A stretch of 63,669 nt of DNA, from positions 1 to 63,669 of the forward strand of contig JBKHCL010000005.1 of NCBI GenBank assembly GCA_046541875.1, given 5' to 3'. How positions within the stretch are numbered: the stretch's first letter is position 1; each line of letters starts with the position of its first letter. The translations under genes were made by a program, and so were the position numbers. The notes beneath the pieces were generated by a model. It was not told the DNA's origin. It did no database searches and worked only from the letters and a program-made list of their open reading frames with translations. Origin of the DNA: Phycisphaerae bacterium. Its GTDB lineage: Bacteria > Planctomycetota > Phycisphaerae > SM23-33. Positions 19,448 through 28,915 of the stretch are shown here, piece by piece.

Positions 19448-19479
19448 GGGCCGGCGTCTGAACAGGCGTCGGCCCGTTT
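19448..19479 (+). terminator. Hairpin/terminator after the prepilin-like gene
   Basis: GGGCCGGCGTCTG-AA-CAGGCGTCGGCCC then GTTT. Confidence 0.5.
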
Positions 19480-19671
19480 CCTGCGCCGCCCGCCAGCCGC
19501 AACTCATCGAGCAGGCGGGGATTGGGGCTCAGTCACGATCAAGGCAATGGGGAATTCGATTCGACATTCAGAAAATCTGTATTTTATCCTTCAGTTGCGG
19601 GCGGAAGTTTCGATAGGGCGGTCCCGGACGACTTCGGTCGATCGCGTCCCCCGGACGCGAGGAGGTGGACC

Positions 19672-20412
19672 ATGATTGACAACATCAACTCACTACAGAA
19701 CAGCTTCGCGGCGACCAATCTGTTTCAGAAGTCGCCGGCCGACACGATCATCGAGACCCTGCGGGCGTCACGCGATGAAGACAACCCCGTTCGCGAGCAA
19801 ACGCCCCACGATCGGTCCTCGACGGTCTATCGCCGGCACGTGCAAGACCTCAACGAGCAGATCAACGAGCTCAACGTTGAGATGGGCAAAGTCGAGGTGG
19901 CCTCCAAGGCCGTCGATGATGTCAAAGACAGCCTCGTGCGCATGAAAGAGATCACCCAGGAACTCAACGAAGGCACGGTCAGCGAGGACAAGCGAACCGA
20001 CCTCACCGAGGAATTCCAGGCCCTCGCCGCCGGCGTCGACAAGATCGTGGACAAGACCGTCTCGGGCGACCAGGCCCTGCTGGACGGAGGCAATGAAGCG
20101 ATGGCCGACCTGCGAGCCGCCAAGGGGATGGCCCTGACCGACGACGCGGTGGGCAACATCGAACGCGCCCTGCAGGACACCGACCTGGCCCAAGACACCC
20201 TCGACGCCAAGCAGGACCGCATCGAGAAGTACCTCGACAAGCAGACGGCCAACTTGGCCGAGTACGAAGCCTCCGAAGAGAAGATCTCCTCTTACGACCA
20301 TGCTGACGACGTGGCTTCACGCAGCAAACAGTGGATGCAGGACAACGCCGTCACGTCCTATATGACGCAGGTCGGCGTGAACCCCGCCAGCGCATACTTC
20401 CTGCTGCAGTAA
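19672..20412 (+). CDS. Divergent flagellin-like protein
   Basis: GGAGG RBS; 'SLVRMKEI..NEGTVSEDKR..L.EEF..L...VDKIVDKT....ALLDGG' resembles the flagellin N-terminal helix; C-terminus 'QDRIE..EASEEKISSYDHA..QVGVNPASAYFLLQ' resembles the flagellin C-terminal D0. Confidence 0.6.
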   Translation: MIDNINSLQNSFAATNLFQKSPADTIIETLRASRDEDNPVREQTPHDRSSTVYRRHVQDLNEQINELNVEMGKVEVASKAVDDVKDSLVRMKEITQELNEGTVSEDKRTDLTEEFQALAAGVDKIVDKTVSGDQALLDGGNEAMADLRAAKGMALTDDAVGNIERALQDTDLAQDTLDAKQDRIEKYLDKQTANLAEYEASEEKISSYDHADDVASRSKQWMQDNAVTSYMTQVGVNPASAYFLLQ

Positions 20413-20448
20413 CGCAGCAGCCAACAGACCAGCATACAGACTCCCAAA

Positions 20449-20497
20449 CACCCAGGGCTCGGCCCCGCAACACCGGGCCCTGGGTGCGGTCTTTTTT
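20449..20497 (+). terminator. Intrinsic terminator after the flagellin-like gene
   Basis: CACCCAGGGCTCGG...CCGGGCCCTGGGTG stem, then TCTTTTTT. Confidence 0.65.
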
Positions 20498-20516
20498 GCG
20501 CAGGCCGTGAGACCTA

Positions 20517-20550
20517 TTCTGCCCGCAACAAGTTGCGGGCCCTACGGTTG
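20517..20550 (-). repeat. GTAG-type REP-like palindrome, copy 1
   Basis: Minus strand reads CAACCGTAGGGCCCGCAACTTGTTGCGGGCAGAA; 31/34 identical to 24003..24036 in inverted orientation. Confidence 0.7.
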
Positions 20551-20614
20551 ACGAAGTACGACGGGCATCTCGCCTCTCGAAGGAGACCCCGTTTGATCAT
20601 CCCGTCGGCCGATC

Positions 20615-23600
20615 TTACTTCGCCGTCTCCAGGTAGATGCTGGCCATGTCCACCCGATAGCCGGCGTATGGCCCTTCGTTGACGGTGAACCTCAGTGCGG
20701 TGTCGGCGGAGAGGTCTTTGAGGCGTACGGGGATCTCCACGATGTGCGCCTGGTTGTCGCCGGTGTAGGCCTTGGGCAGTTCCAGCGTGGTTTCGCCGAT
20801 GGTCACGCTTCCCTCACCGGTGGCCACCTTCTCCAGCACCACTCTCAGCCATGCCCGGCGGGCCTTGGCGAGCATCGCCCTGTCCAGTTCGATTCGCGTG
20901 GAGAGTGACTTGCCCGGCTTGACCTCCTTGAGAATGTCAGCCGAGAAAAACTGCTTCCGCGTTACCTGCGTCTTGGCGGCGACCTTGCCCTTCAGCGGCA
21001 GGGAGAACTTGCACGCCGACCGCTCCGGCAGCGTGATGGTCGTCGCCAGCGTCTTGCCGTCGGTCTTGTGCTTGCTGTCGGCCGTCCGGAGCTTCCACGT
21101 CTTCTTGTCCACCAGCATATCGGTCTGGGTGGCCGAGGCGAACTCCGTGTTGTCCGGCGCGTCGAGGCGGACGTTGATCGTCCGCGGCGTGCGGTGGTTG
21201 TTGAACACGAACACCACCATCGTCTGCCCGGGCTCGCGGGGCATGGCGTTGGGATCGGTCCCGTCGATGCTGGAAACGATCCACACGTTCCGCTCGGAGC
21301 TGGTGGTCTCAACCAGTCGGCCTCGGAGGTTCTTCATCTGCCCGTAAGCGATCTCGGTGGCCGTCGGCGTATGGTTGTTGTGGATCACCGTTCGCGAGGC
21401 CGCCTTGTCCGGCGTGACGTAGCAGCAGTAGAGACAATCGCGGAGGTTGTAGGTCATCCGCCGATACTCGCGCGACCGCCGGGCCTTTTCGGGCGTGTCG
21501 ATCGGTCCGCGGGCCGGGGCGTCCACCAGGTCGTTGGTCTCGGTGTTGTAGGAATGCAGCCATTTGTCGTGCTTCGTCACACCGTAAGCGGTGAGCACCT
21601 CGTAGGTGGCGTTCATGGAGGTGGTGTCGCCCTGGTAGTGGTGCTCGTGGATGCCGTCGATCCACTTGATGTTCCGGTCGATCGTGGGCTTGTACAGCAT
21701 GTCCCAGGCGGCCCAGTGGTCTTCGTTGTAGCGGAAGCCCCATCCGCCGATCACGCGGACCTCGGGGTAGGTCTCCTTGACGCCCTGGGCGATGGCTGAG
21801 AGCATCTGGTCGTACATCCAGCCGTTGCCTCGACCCGACCAGTACGAGAAGGCCGTCGGGTCGTACACCTGCCACTTGCCGTCCTTCCTGCGCCAGGTCA
21901 GGTGCGGGATCTTCAGCCCGTGCTTGGTGAACACCGGCCCGCCGACTTCCGCCTTCGAAACGTCATAGTAGTTCAGCTTGTAGTTCACCCGACTGCGCTC
22001 GGCCCAGTTGAGGTACGGCTCGTTCCAGAACTCCAGGACGGCCGGGAAGCGGTTCTCCTTGGCGTTTGCGGCGTAGCGTTTGCCCCAGGAGTTAAGGTTT
22101 TTCTTCCAATTCCCGTCACCGAGCAACTGGGCCGCCTGGAACCGCTCGCCGTAGCACTCGATGTAATACTGCTCGGTCGGCGGATTCGCGGGCATGGGCT
22201 TGAGATACGCCCCGAAGACGGTGTCCATCAGTCGCCGGTTGGTCTGCATGACGGCCATCCGTGGCGGGTCCTTCCGGCCGGTGAGTTGTTTCACCCGGGC
22301 TGCCAGCGCGTCCGGGAGCTTCACGTCCTTCCAGGTGGGCCAGTCACACAACGACGGGGATTTCAGCAGGTCGTTGAACATCCGCACGGCGTCCTTGGGC
22401 GTTTTGCGGGGCTTGTTCTCGGACCAGTGATGGAGCTTCGAGACGTTCTTGTTGCCCAGGAGCATCGCCACCCGCTTGGTTACCGGCGTGTCGCGACGGA
22501 CGATCACCTTCGCCAGACCGGCCAGGTCGGTGAAGTCGCCGCGCCCCAGCTGCGCCTGACGATGGCCGGGAATGCGTGGATACGACGGGGCGTAGAGATA
22601 CCGCTGTGTGCCCGGGCGATACTTCTGCGGCAGGTCCGGCGCGTAGCCGCCGAAGATCGGCGCCGGGATGACCTTGTGGCCGTTCACTGCCATCAGCTTG
22701 CCCGTGGCAGCCACCTCGGCCGGCTTGGTGCGGCGGGCGGGAAGATCCACCCACTGCAGCTTCGTGAGCGTGAAGTTCACCTCGCCCACGCCCAGCGGAT
22801 TCACCACGCCCACCGCCACGTGCGAGACGGCCGATCGGTCGAAGACGTAATCCTCGTCCATGTGGTTGCCCGGCGAGACCCACTCAGCCTCCACGAAATC
22901 CTCGAAGCGGACAACCACCTCGTTGTCCTTCGCGTTGAGCGGGACCGCCGACCGCACGTAGTACCAGCTTCCGTCCTGCTCGCGCATCCACAGCGTGACG
23001 TTCACATCCTTGCGGGGCTTGTCGGTGGTCACCTTCACTCTGACGCCCTCGTGGCTGGACAGGTCGACCTCCTTGCCCAGCTCGCAGATCGCCAGCCGAA
23101 CGTGATTCCAGTTCTCGCGGTCCTTGCCCATCTCGAACGAGAGCTTCACGCCGTTTTCCCAGGTGCCCATGTTCCAATGCCCCTTGCGAACGGGCAGTTG
23201 GAACGTGCCGCCCGCTTGACCATCGGACTTCCGGCCGTCCATCTTCGCGGTGAAGCTCCCGTCGAGCTTCCACAGGGCGCCCTGCGATCTGGGCTTGATC
23301 AGCCAGAAGCGGATGGGCTTCTCCTCGTCGCCGGTGTTGGCCTTCAGCGGCGATACCTTCGCGTCGAGTTCCACGGTAAGAGTGCGGGGCTTCTTGTCGG
23401 CGGGCACCCACTGGTCCGGACGGATGGTGACCTTGATCGTGCCGGCGATTCTCTTCTCGGTCACCGTCAGGCCGCCGGCATCCACGACGTGCTTGGCCTT
23501 GTTGTAGTCCAGCGCACTGGCGGACCCGGCCGTCCACTTCCCGTTGGCCCGGGTGATGGTGGCGGTGAGGTCGGCCCCGCCGCCGGAACTCTTGGGGACG

Positions 23601-23782
23601 GCCCCTTTCAGCGTGAGGTTCAACTGGAAGTTCTTCGGACTGATCTCCTGCACCGAGTCCTTCAGCGACAGGATATCGCCGGCTTTGCGGACCTCCGGGT
23701 TGGCGGCCTGCGATGCAGTCACAACCAGCAAAGTGGTGAGCGTGAGAGCGATTCGGCGAACGATTCTCTGCGATAGCGACAT
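20615..23782 (-). CDS. Large secreted glycoside-hydrolase-like protein (clan GH-A-like) with CBM/CIA30-like module
   Basis: Signal peptide; EFWNEP acid/base-like motif, GIHEHHY, YNTETN nucleophile-like motif; 'DLSSHEG..EQDGSWY..FEDF' galactose-binding-like module; 1055 aa. Confidence 0.6.
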   Translation of the reverse strand: MSLSQRIVRRIALTLTTLLVVTASQAANPEVRKAGDILSLKDSVQEISPKNFQLNLTLKGAVPKSSGGGADLTATITRANGKWTAGSASALDYNKAKHVVDAGGLTVTEKRIAGTIKVTIRPDQWVPADKKPRTLTVELDAKVSPLKANTGDEEKPIRFWLIKPRSQGALWKLDGSFTAKMDGRKSDGQAGGTFQLPVRKGHWNMGTWENGVKLSFEMGKDRENWNHVRLAICELGKEVDLSSHEGVRVKVTTDKPRKDVNVTLWMREQDGSWYYVRSAVPLNAKDNEVVVRFEDFVEAEWVSPGNHMDEDYVFDRSAVSHVAVGVVNPLGVGEVNFTLTKLQWVDLPARRTKPAEVAATGKLMAVNGHKVIPAPIFGGYAPDLPQKYRPGTQRYLYAPSYPRIPGHRQAQLGRGDFTDLAGLAKVIVRRDTPVTKRVAMLLGNKNVSKLHHWSENKPRKTPKDAVRMFNDLLKSPSLCDWPTWKDVKLPDALAARVKQLTGRKDPPRMAVMQTNRRLMDTVFGAYLKPMPANPPTEQYYIECYGERFQAAQLLGDGNWKKNLNSWGKRYAANAKENRFPAVLEFWNEPYLNWAERSRVNYKLNYYDVSKAEVGGPVFTKHGLKIPHLTWRRKDGKWQVYDPTAFSYWSGRGNGWMYDQMLSAIAQGVKETYPEVRVIGGWGFRYNEDHWAAWDMLYKPTIDRNIKWIDGIHEHHYQGDTTSMNATYEVLTAYGVTKHDKWLHSYNTETNDLVDAPARGPIDTPEKARRSREYRRMTYNLRDCLYCCYVTPDKAASRTVIHNNHTPTATEIAYGQMKNLRGRLVETTSSERNVWIVSSIDGTDPNAMPREPGQTMVVFVFNNHRTPRTINVRLDAPDNTEFASATQTDMLVDKKTWKLRTADSKHKTDGKTLATTITLPERSACKFSLPLKGKVAAKTQVTRKQFFSADILKEVKPGKSLSTRIELDRAMLAKARRAWLRVVLEKVATGEGSVTIGETTLELPKAYTGDNQAHIVEIPVRLKDLSADTALRFTVNEGPYAGYRVDMASIYLETAK

Positions 23783-24002
23783 GTCCCGATCCTTCCTGTG
23801 TGTGCCTCTGCGTGTCGTGACCAGCTCCCGTCGGAACAGGCCCATCATGAAACGCATTGGACCACACACCGGGCCGGGAAATCCAGCGTGTAGGGCCGGC
23901 CAACCACCGGAACCAAGCCCGGCGACTCAAAACAGGGAGATACGCCTTGCTCGCGTGAGTGTTTGGCATCGGGAGAACCGAGGTGGTTTGCCGGCGGAAC
24001 GA

Positions 24003-24036
24003 CAACCGTAGGGACCGCAACCCGTTGCGGGCAGAA
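24003..24036 (+). repeat. GTAG-type REP-like palindrome, copy 2
   Basis: CAACCGTAGGGACCGCAACCCGTTGCGGGCAGAA; inverted partner of 20517..20550. Confidence 0.7.
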
Positions 24037-24161
24037 CAACTTGCCGAAGGGCTCCGCGAACCGTGGGCATATCCGCCGGCTATTGCTCCTGCCCGGCGTT
24101 CTTCTGGTCCTTTTTTTCGGACGGGTACGAGCCCACCGGCGAACCCTTGGGCACCCAGCCG

Positions 24162-25523
24162 CTATGGCCGAACGCTTTTCTCCGGGAGCGTGAACTCGTC
24201 GCCGGTCTCTTCGATCCATTCGGCCAGACGGTCCTGGAGGCGATGGCGGACATCCCAGTAGCGTGAGTTGAACGCCAGGTTCCGCAGCTCGTAGGGATCG
24301 TCGTTGAGGTTATGCAGCATCCAGGGCTGACCCTCCAGGCAGACGTACTTCCAGCCGTCGGTGGTGACGATACCGCGCCACGGGCGATCCACGCTGTTGC
24401 CATGGCAGGTGGGAACCACGCTCTGGATGTAGGCCGAGTCGATCTCGGGAGCCTCCTTGCCGCCCATCGCAAAGCCGGAAAGGTCGCGGCCTTCCATCCA
24501 GTCGGGCACGTCCAGCCCGCACAGCCCCAGCGAGGTGGGGGCGTAGTCCACGTGATTCATCGGCACGCTCAGCCGCGGGCGCGGGTTGTAGTGCGTCTCT
24601 CCGCGGTTGATCACGCACGGAACGCGGATGGATTCCTCGTGCGGCGTCATCTTGGCGACCTGGCCGTGCGAGCCCATCATGTCGCCATGGTCGGAGAAGA
24701 AGATCACCCACGTGTCGTCGTCAATACCCGCGTCGCGCAGGGCCTGGCGCACTCGCCCGACGTTCCAGTCGAGGTTTTCGATCTGGGCGTAGTAGCCGGC
24801 AAGCTTGCGGCGAACCTCCCCCTGGAACCGCTCATCCGGCGGGACGTTCGGGCGCAACTGCAGTTCGGCCGGGTTGTGCAGCGCCATGTACTCCGGCGGC
24901 GCGATGTTCGGTCCGTGCGGCGGCTGAACGCTGAGCACCGCGAAGAACGGCTGATCGACGTCGGCCTGCTCGCCCTCGCTTCGCCGGCGGATGTAGTCCA
25001 CCAGCAGGTCGGTGAGACAGTCGGTTTCGTAGTCCGGGAGGCGTTGGTGGAAGGCGTCCTCGCCCTCGCCGCCATGGACCCAGCAGTCGTACTGGGAGTT
25101 GTTGTTGTCGTACCCGACCCACTCGTCGAACCCGCCACGACGGTGAGGCGGAACGATGTGCATCGCCGCCCGGCCGTCGCGTTCCTTGAACCCATCGACG
25201 TGCCACTTGCCGAAGTACCCGGTGTGGTAGCCGTTGTCTTTGAACGCGGTGGCCACCGTCGGCAGCGAGTCGTCCAGGGGATACTCGTGGCCGGGCACGG
25301 CGTTGTGGGGGTATCGGCTGGTGAGCAGCGATCCGCGGAACGGGCAGCACAGGGGCATGCCCGCGACCGCCCCGGTGAAGTGCGCGCCCGTGTCGGCCAT
25401 CCGGTCGATATTGGGCGTGTTCACGTTCGGGTCGTTCATGCACGAAAGGGCCTGGGCCCGGTGCTGATCGCCGAAGATCCAGATGACGTTGGGGCGTTTG
25501 GCGGTGGATTCACTCATGGACAA
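24162..25523 (-). CDS. Cys-type (formylglycine-dependent) sulfatase
   Basis: PNVIWIFGDQ, CCPFRGSLLTS (CxPxR), GYHTGYFGKWH, FSDHG, DPYEL. Confidence 0.93.
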   Translation of the reverse strand: MSMSESTAKRPNVIWIFGDQHRAQALSCMNDPNVNTPNIDRMADTGAHFTGAVAGMPLCCPFRGSLLTSRYPHNAVPGHEYPLDDSLPTVATAFKDNGYHTGYFGKWHVDGFKERDGRAAMHIVPPHRRGGFDEWVGYDNNNSQYDCWVHGGEGEDAFHQRLPDYETDCLTDLLVDYIRRRSEGEQADVDQPFFAVLSVQPPHGPNIAPPEYMALHNPAELQLRPNVPPDERFQGEVRRKLAGYYAQIENLDWNVGRVRQALRDAGIDDDTWVIFFSDHGDMMGSHGQVAKMTPHEESIRVPCVINRGETHYNPRPRLSVPMNHVDYAPTSLGLCGLDVPDWMEGRDLSGFAMGGKEAPEIDSAYIQSVVPTCHGNSVDRPWRGIVTTDGWKYVCLEGQPWMLHNLNDDPYELRNLAFNSRYWDVRHRLQDRLAEWIEETGDEFTLPEKSVRP

Positions 25524-25724
25524 TGCACTCCTCAGCGTAGGGACGGTTCGACAAAGTCACCGTTATTCTCCACCCGGCCGGAAGTGAATGCAAGGGCGAA
25601 TCAGGGGACGTGGGACCGACCCGCTGCAAGGCTGCCCGGGCTTGTGGCATTTCGACCGAACCTGCGAGGGAGAAACGGAGCAACCCGGCCGCCCACTATT
25701 CGCGGGCATTCACTGTGGGGGGTG

Positions 25725-26582
25725 CTACTTGCTGCGTCGTCGGTTGTGTTGGGGTCTGCCGTCGTCCTGGTCGTACGGGCCGCCCTCCTGCACGCGGCCA
25801 CACACTTCCAGGCGCTCGATGGACTGGGCCTTTCCGGTCATCGGGTCGACCGAGGCGATCACCCCGGAGAGTCTCGGATCGCCGGTGGCCACCTCGAAAT
25901 GCGTGGGCATGGAGGTGGTCAGGAAGCTCAGCACACGGTCTTTGCGTCGCCCCAGAACGCTGTCATACGGGCCGGTCATGCCCACGTCCGAAATGAAGGC
26001 AGTGCCCTTGTCCAACACGCGGTAGTCTGCCGTCGGCACGTGGGTGTGGGTTCCGAACACCACGCTCGCCCGGCCGTTGAGGTGCCACCCCATCGCGATT
26101 TTCTCGGAGGTCGCCTCGGCGTGGAAGTCGACCACGCGCATTTTCACGTCGTCGGCGGTTCGGCTGCAGAACTCATCGATCGCCGCCCAGGGCGAGTCGT
26201 TGGACCCCATGAACATCTGCCCCAGTACGCTGCAGACCGCCACGCGGTGCCGGCCGGACTTGGTGGGCACGATGGTCCATCGCTTGCCGGCCGCCGCCTT
26301 GGAAAGATTCATCGGGCGGACGATCTGCTCTGAGGTTTCGAGCATCTGGGTGATCTCGCGTTTGCGATACACATGATCGCCCAGCGTCACCACGTCCACC
26401 CCATATTTGAGGAGCTTATCGAAGATCTGCGGGGTAATCCCGCTGCCTCCGGCGGCGTTTTCGGCATTGCAGACGACCAGATCCAGCTCGTGCTCGTCGA
26501 TCAACCGTTTAAGATGGTCGGCCAGCACGCCTCGACCGGCTTTGCCGACGACGTCGCCGATGCACAGAATATTGACAGCCAT
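25725..26582 (-). CDS. ymdB: YmdB/TIGR00282 metallophosphoesterase
   Basis: GDVVG, NAENAAGG, DFHAEATSEK, GTHTH, DVGMTG. Confidence 0.92.
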   Translation of the reverse strand: MAVNILCIGDVVGKAGRGVLADHLKRLIDEHELDLVVCNAENAAGGSGITPQIFDKLLKYGVDVVTLGDHVYRKREITQMLETSEQIVRPMNLSKAAAGKRWTIVPTKSGRHRVAVCSVLGQMFMGSNDSPWAAIDEFCSRTADDVKMRVVDFHAEATSEKIAMGWHLNGRASVVFGTHTHVPTADYRVLDKGTAFISDVGMTGPYDSVLGRRKDRVLSFLTTSMPTHFEVATGDPRLSGVIASVDPMTGKAQSIERLEVCGRVQEGGPYDQDDGRPQHNRRRSK

Positions 26583-26679
26583 GGTCCTGCCGCTCTTTCC
26601 AGCCCCCGCTTTTGTGGCATTATAGGTTTGCCTGATCTCCGGGCGCAGAATTTAACTTCCGCGCCCCCCGAACCCGGCG

Positions 26680-27543
26680 CTATGCGAAGTCGCCGGCGGC
26701 GACGTACTCGCGAAACGCCGTCAGCAATCGACCGGTCACCGGTCCGGGCTTGCCGTTTCCGATGGGGTTGGCGTCCACGCTGGTGACGGCAATGACTTCG
26801 GCGGCTGTCCCGGTCAGGAAACACTCGTCGGCGGCCAGCAGTTCCTCGGGCGTGAAGGATTCCTCGCGCGTCTCGATGCCGAGCTTGTCGGCCAGTTCCA
26901 GCACGGTCTGGCGGGTGATCCCGTGAAGGATGTTGTCCGCCGACGGCGGAGTCTTCACCACCCCGTCGGTGACGATGAAGATATTGTCGGCCGTGCATTC
27001 GGCGACGTGGCCCATCTCGTTGAGCATGACGGCCTCGGCGAGTCCGGCGTCGATCGCCTCGATCTTGGCGAGGATGTTGTTGAGGTAGTTACAGCTTTTG
27101 ATGGACAGGTCCAGACTCGCCGCCCCGATGCGTCGGGTCTTGGCGATGATCACGCCCATGCCCTTTTCGTACATTTCCGGCGGGTACAGGGCGATGCTGG
27201 AAACGATGATGAACACCGACGGCGGCGCGCAGATCATGGGGTTCAATCCCAGCGTGCCGGCCCCGCGCGTGGCGACCATGCGGATGTAGCCGTCCACCTG
27301 CTCATTGGCGGCGATGGTCCGCTCCATCGCCTCGATGATCTCCTCGCGGGAGTAGGGAAGCGCCAGGCGGATCTTGCGGGCCGAGGCGTAGAAGCGGTCC
27401 ACGTGATCCCGGCAGCGGAAAATCCTGCCGCCGTAGATGCGGATGCCCTCGAACACACCATCGCCGTACAGCGTGCAGTGATCAAACACCGAGAGCTTCG
27501 CCTCGGACTCATCGACCAGTTGTCCGTCGATCCAGACCTTCAT
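26680..27543 (-). CDS. ilvE: Branched-chain amino acid aminotransferase
   Basis: YGDGVFEG, KSCNYLNN, EAVMLN, GITR, ADECFLTGTAAE. Confidence 0.95.
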   Translation of the reverse strand: MKVWIDGQLVDESEAKLSVFDHCTLYGDGVFEGIRIYGGRIFRCRDHVDRFYASARKIRLALPYSREEIIEAMERTIAANEQVDGYIRMVATRGAGTLGLNPMICAPPSVFIIVSSIALYPPEMYEKGMGVIIAKTRRIGAASLDLSIKSCNYLNNILAKIEAIDAGLAEAVMLNEMGHVAECTADNIFIVTDGVVKTPPSADNILHGITRQTVLELADKLGIETREESFTPEELLAADECFLTGTAAEVIAVTSVDANPIGNGKPGPVTGRLLTAFREYVAAGDFA

Positions 27544-27666
27544 GTCGTCTCCCATCGTTGCTCGACAACCCTGGATGATACCCCTGCCCGTTCCGTTCGG
27601 CAACGCCTCAGCGGGAATTCATCTTCCCCCCGGCCCGGTTTTTCATACAATTCCCGGAGGCAACCC

Positions 27667-27942
27667 ATGGCAAAAGAGAAACGAACCATCCGATTCAAGG
27701 GAAACGTCCAGGGCGTGGGCTTCCGGTACAATACCGTCCGCGCCGCCGACGGCTACGACGTGACCGGTTACGTCAAGAACCTCCCCGATGGCACGGTGGA
27801 ATGCGTCGCCGAGGGAGAGGCGAGGGAAATCGACGCCTTCGTGGACGAGGTCACCCAGCGTATGGGCCAACACATACGCGACACATCCCAGCAGACCAGC
27901 GAGGCGACGGGACGGTATGACTCGTTCGGAATCCGGTACTGA
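27667..27942 (+). CDS. acyP: Acylphosphatase
   Basis: GNVQGVGFR, GYVKNLPDGTVE; GGAGG RBS. Confidence 0.95.
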   Translation: MAKEKRTIRFKGNVQGVGFRYNTVRAADGYDVTGYVKNLPDGTVECVAEGEAREIDAFVDEVTQRMGQHIRDTSQQTSEATGRYDSFGIRY

Positions 27943-28915
27943 CTCGCCCGCCGGGGCGACCCGGCAGGAAGACACCTCGGAGGCGGTCCCGCTCAGCCCG
28001 GCCGGGGTGACCTGGCTGGGATTGGCCGTCAACGCCCTGCTGGGAGCGGCGAAAATCGCCGGTGGATTGATCTTCCATTCCCAGGCGATTCTCGCCGACG
28101 GCGTGCACAGCGCCACCGACCTGGTCACCGACGCCGCCGTCCTGACAGGCCTGAAATACTCGGACAATCCCGCCGACGGCTGTCACCCGTATGGCCACCG
28201 GCGGATCAGCACGCTCGTGGCGATGTTCGTGGGCCTGCTGCTGCTGGGGGCGGGCGCATGGATCGCCGTCGACTCGCTTCGAAAGCTCCAGGAACAGGAT
28301 CACGACCAGAAATCGCTCTGGCTGCCGCTGCTGCTGGCGCTGGGAACCATCCCGCTCAAGGAGATCCTCTTCCGCCTGACCCGACGGGTCGGCCGGCAGA
28401 GCGGGAACCTCTCGCTGAAGGCGAACGCATGGCATCACCGCTCGGACTGCTTTACCTCGCTGGCGGCGGCTGCGGGCATCGGCGGGGCGTGGATCGGCGG
28501 GGCGTCGTGGGCGTTCCTGGACCACGTGACAGCCGTCCTGCTTGTGGGGTTCCTGGCGTTGGCAGCGGTGCGCATCGTGTACGAGTCGGCCTCGGAGCTG
28601 ATCGACGCCTCGCCCGACGAGGACGTTCTGGACCAGATCCACGAGCTGATCGACGACACCCCCGGCGTGCAGGACTTCCACGCGGTGCGAGCCCGCGAGG
28701 TGGGCGGCCAACTGGAAATGGACATGCACGTGCTCGTGGAGCCCGACCTGACGGTGCGCGAGGGGCACGATATCGCCACCGCGGTCAAACGGAAGCTGAT
28801 GAACTCGTCGCTGAGCTTCGCCGAAGTGGTGGTGCACATCGAGCCGGCCGAGCCGACCGCCGGCCATCCTGCCGGCGACGTCGCTAGCGCCGCAAACCGG
28901 CGAGACCGCGATTGA
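27917..28915 (+). CDS. Cation diffusion facilitator (FieF-like)
   Basis: ADGVHSATD, HPYGH, NAWHHRSD, C-terminal VHIEP; start uncertain. Confidence 0.9.
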   Translation: MTRSESGTDSPAGATRQEDTSEAVPLSPAGVTWLGLAVNALLGAAKIAGGLIFHSQAILADGVHSATDLVTDAAVLTGLKYSDNPADGCHPYGHRRISTLVAMFVGLLLLGAGAWIAVDSLRKLQEQDHDQKSLWLPLLLALGTIPLKEILFRLTRRVGRQSGNLSLKANAWHHRSDCFTSLAAAAGIGGAWIGGASWAFLDHVTAVLLVGFLALAAVRIVYESASELIDASPDEDVLDQIHELIDDTPGVQDFHAVRAREVGGQLEMDMHVLVEPDLTVREGHDIATAVKRKLMNSSLSFAEVVVHIEPAEPTAGHPAGDVASAANRRDRD

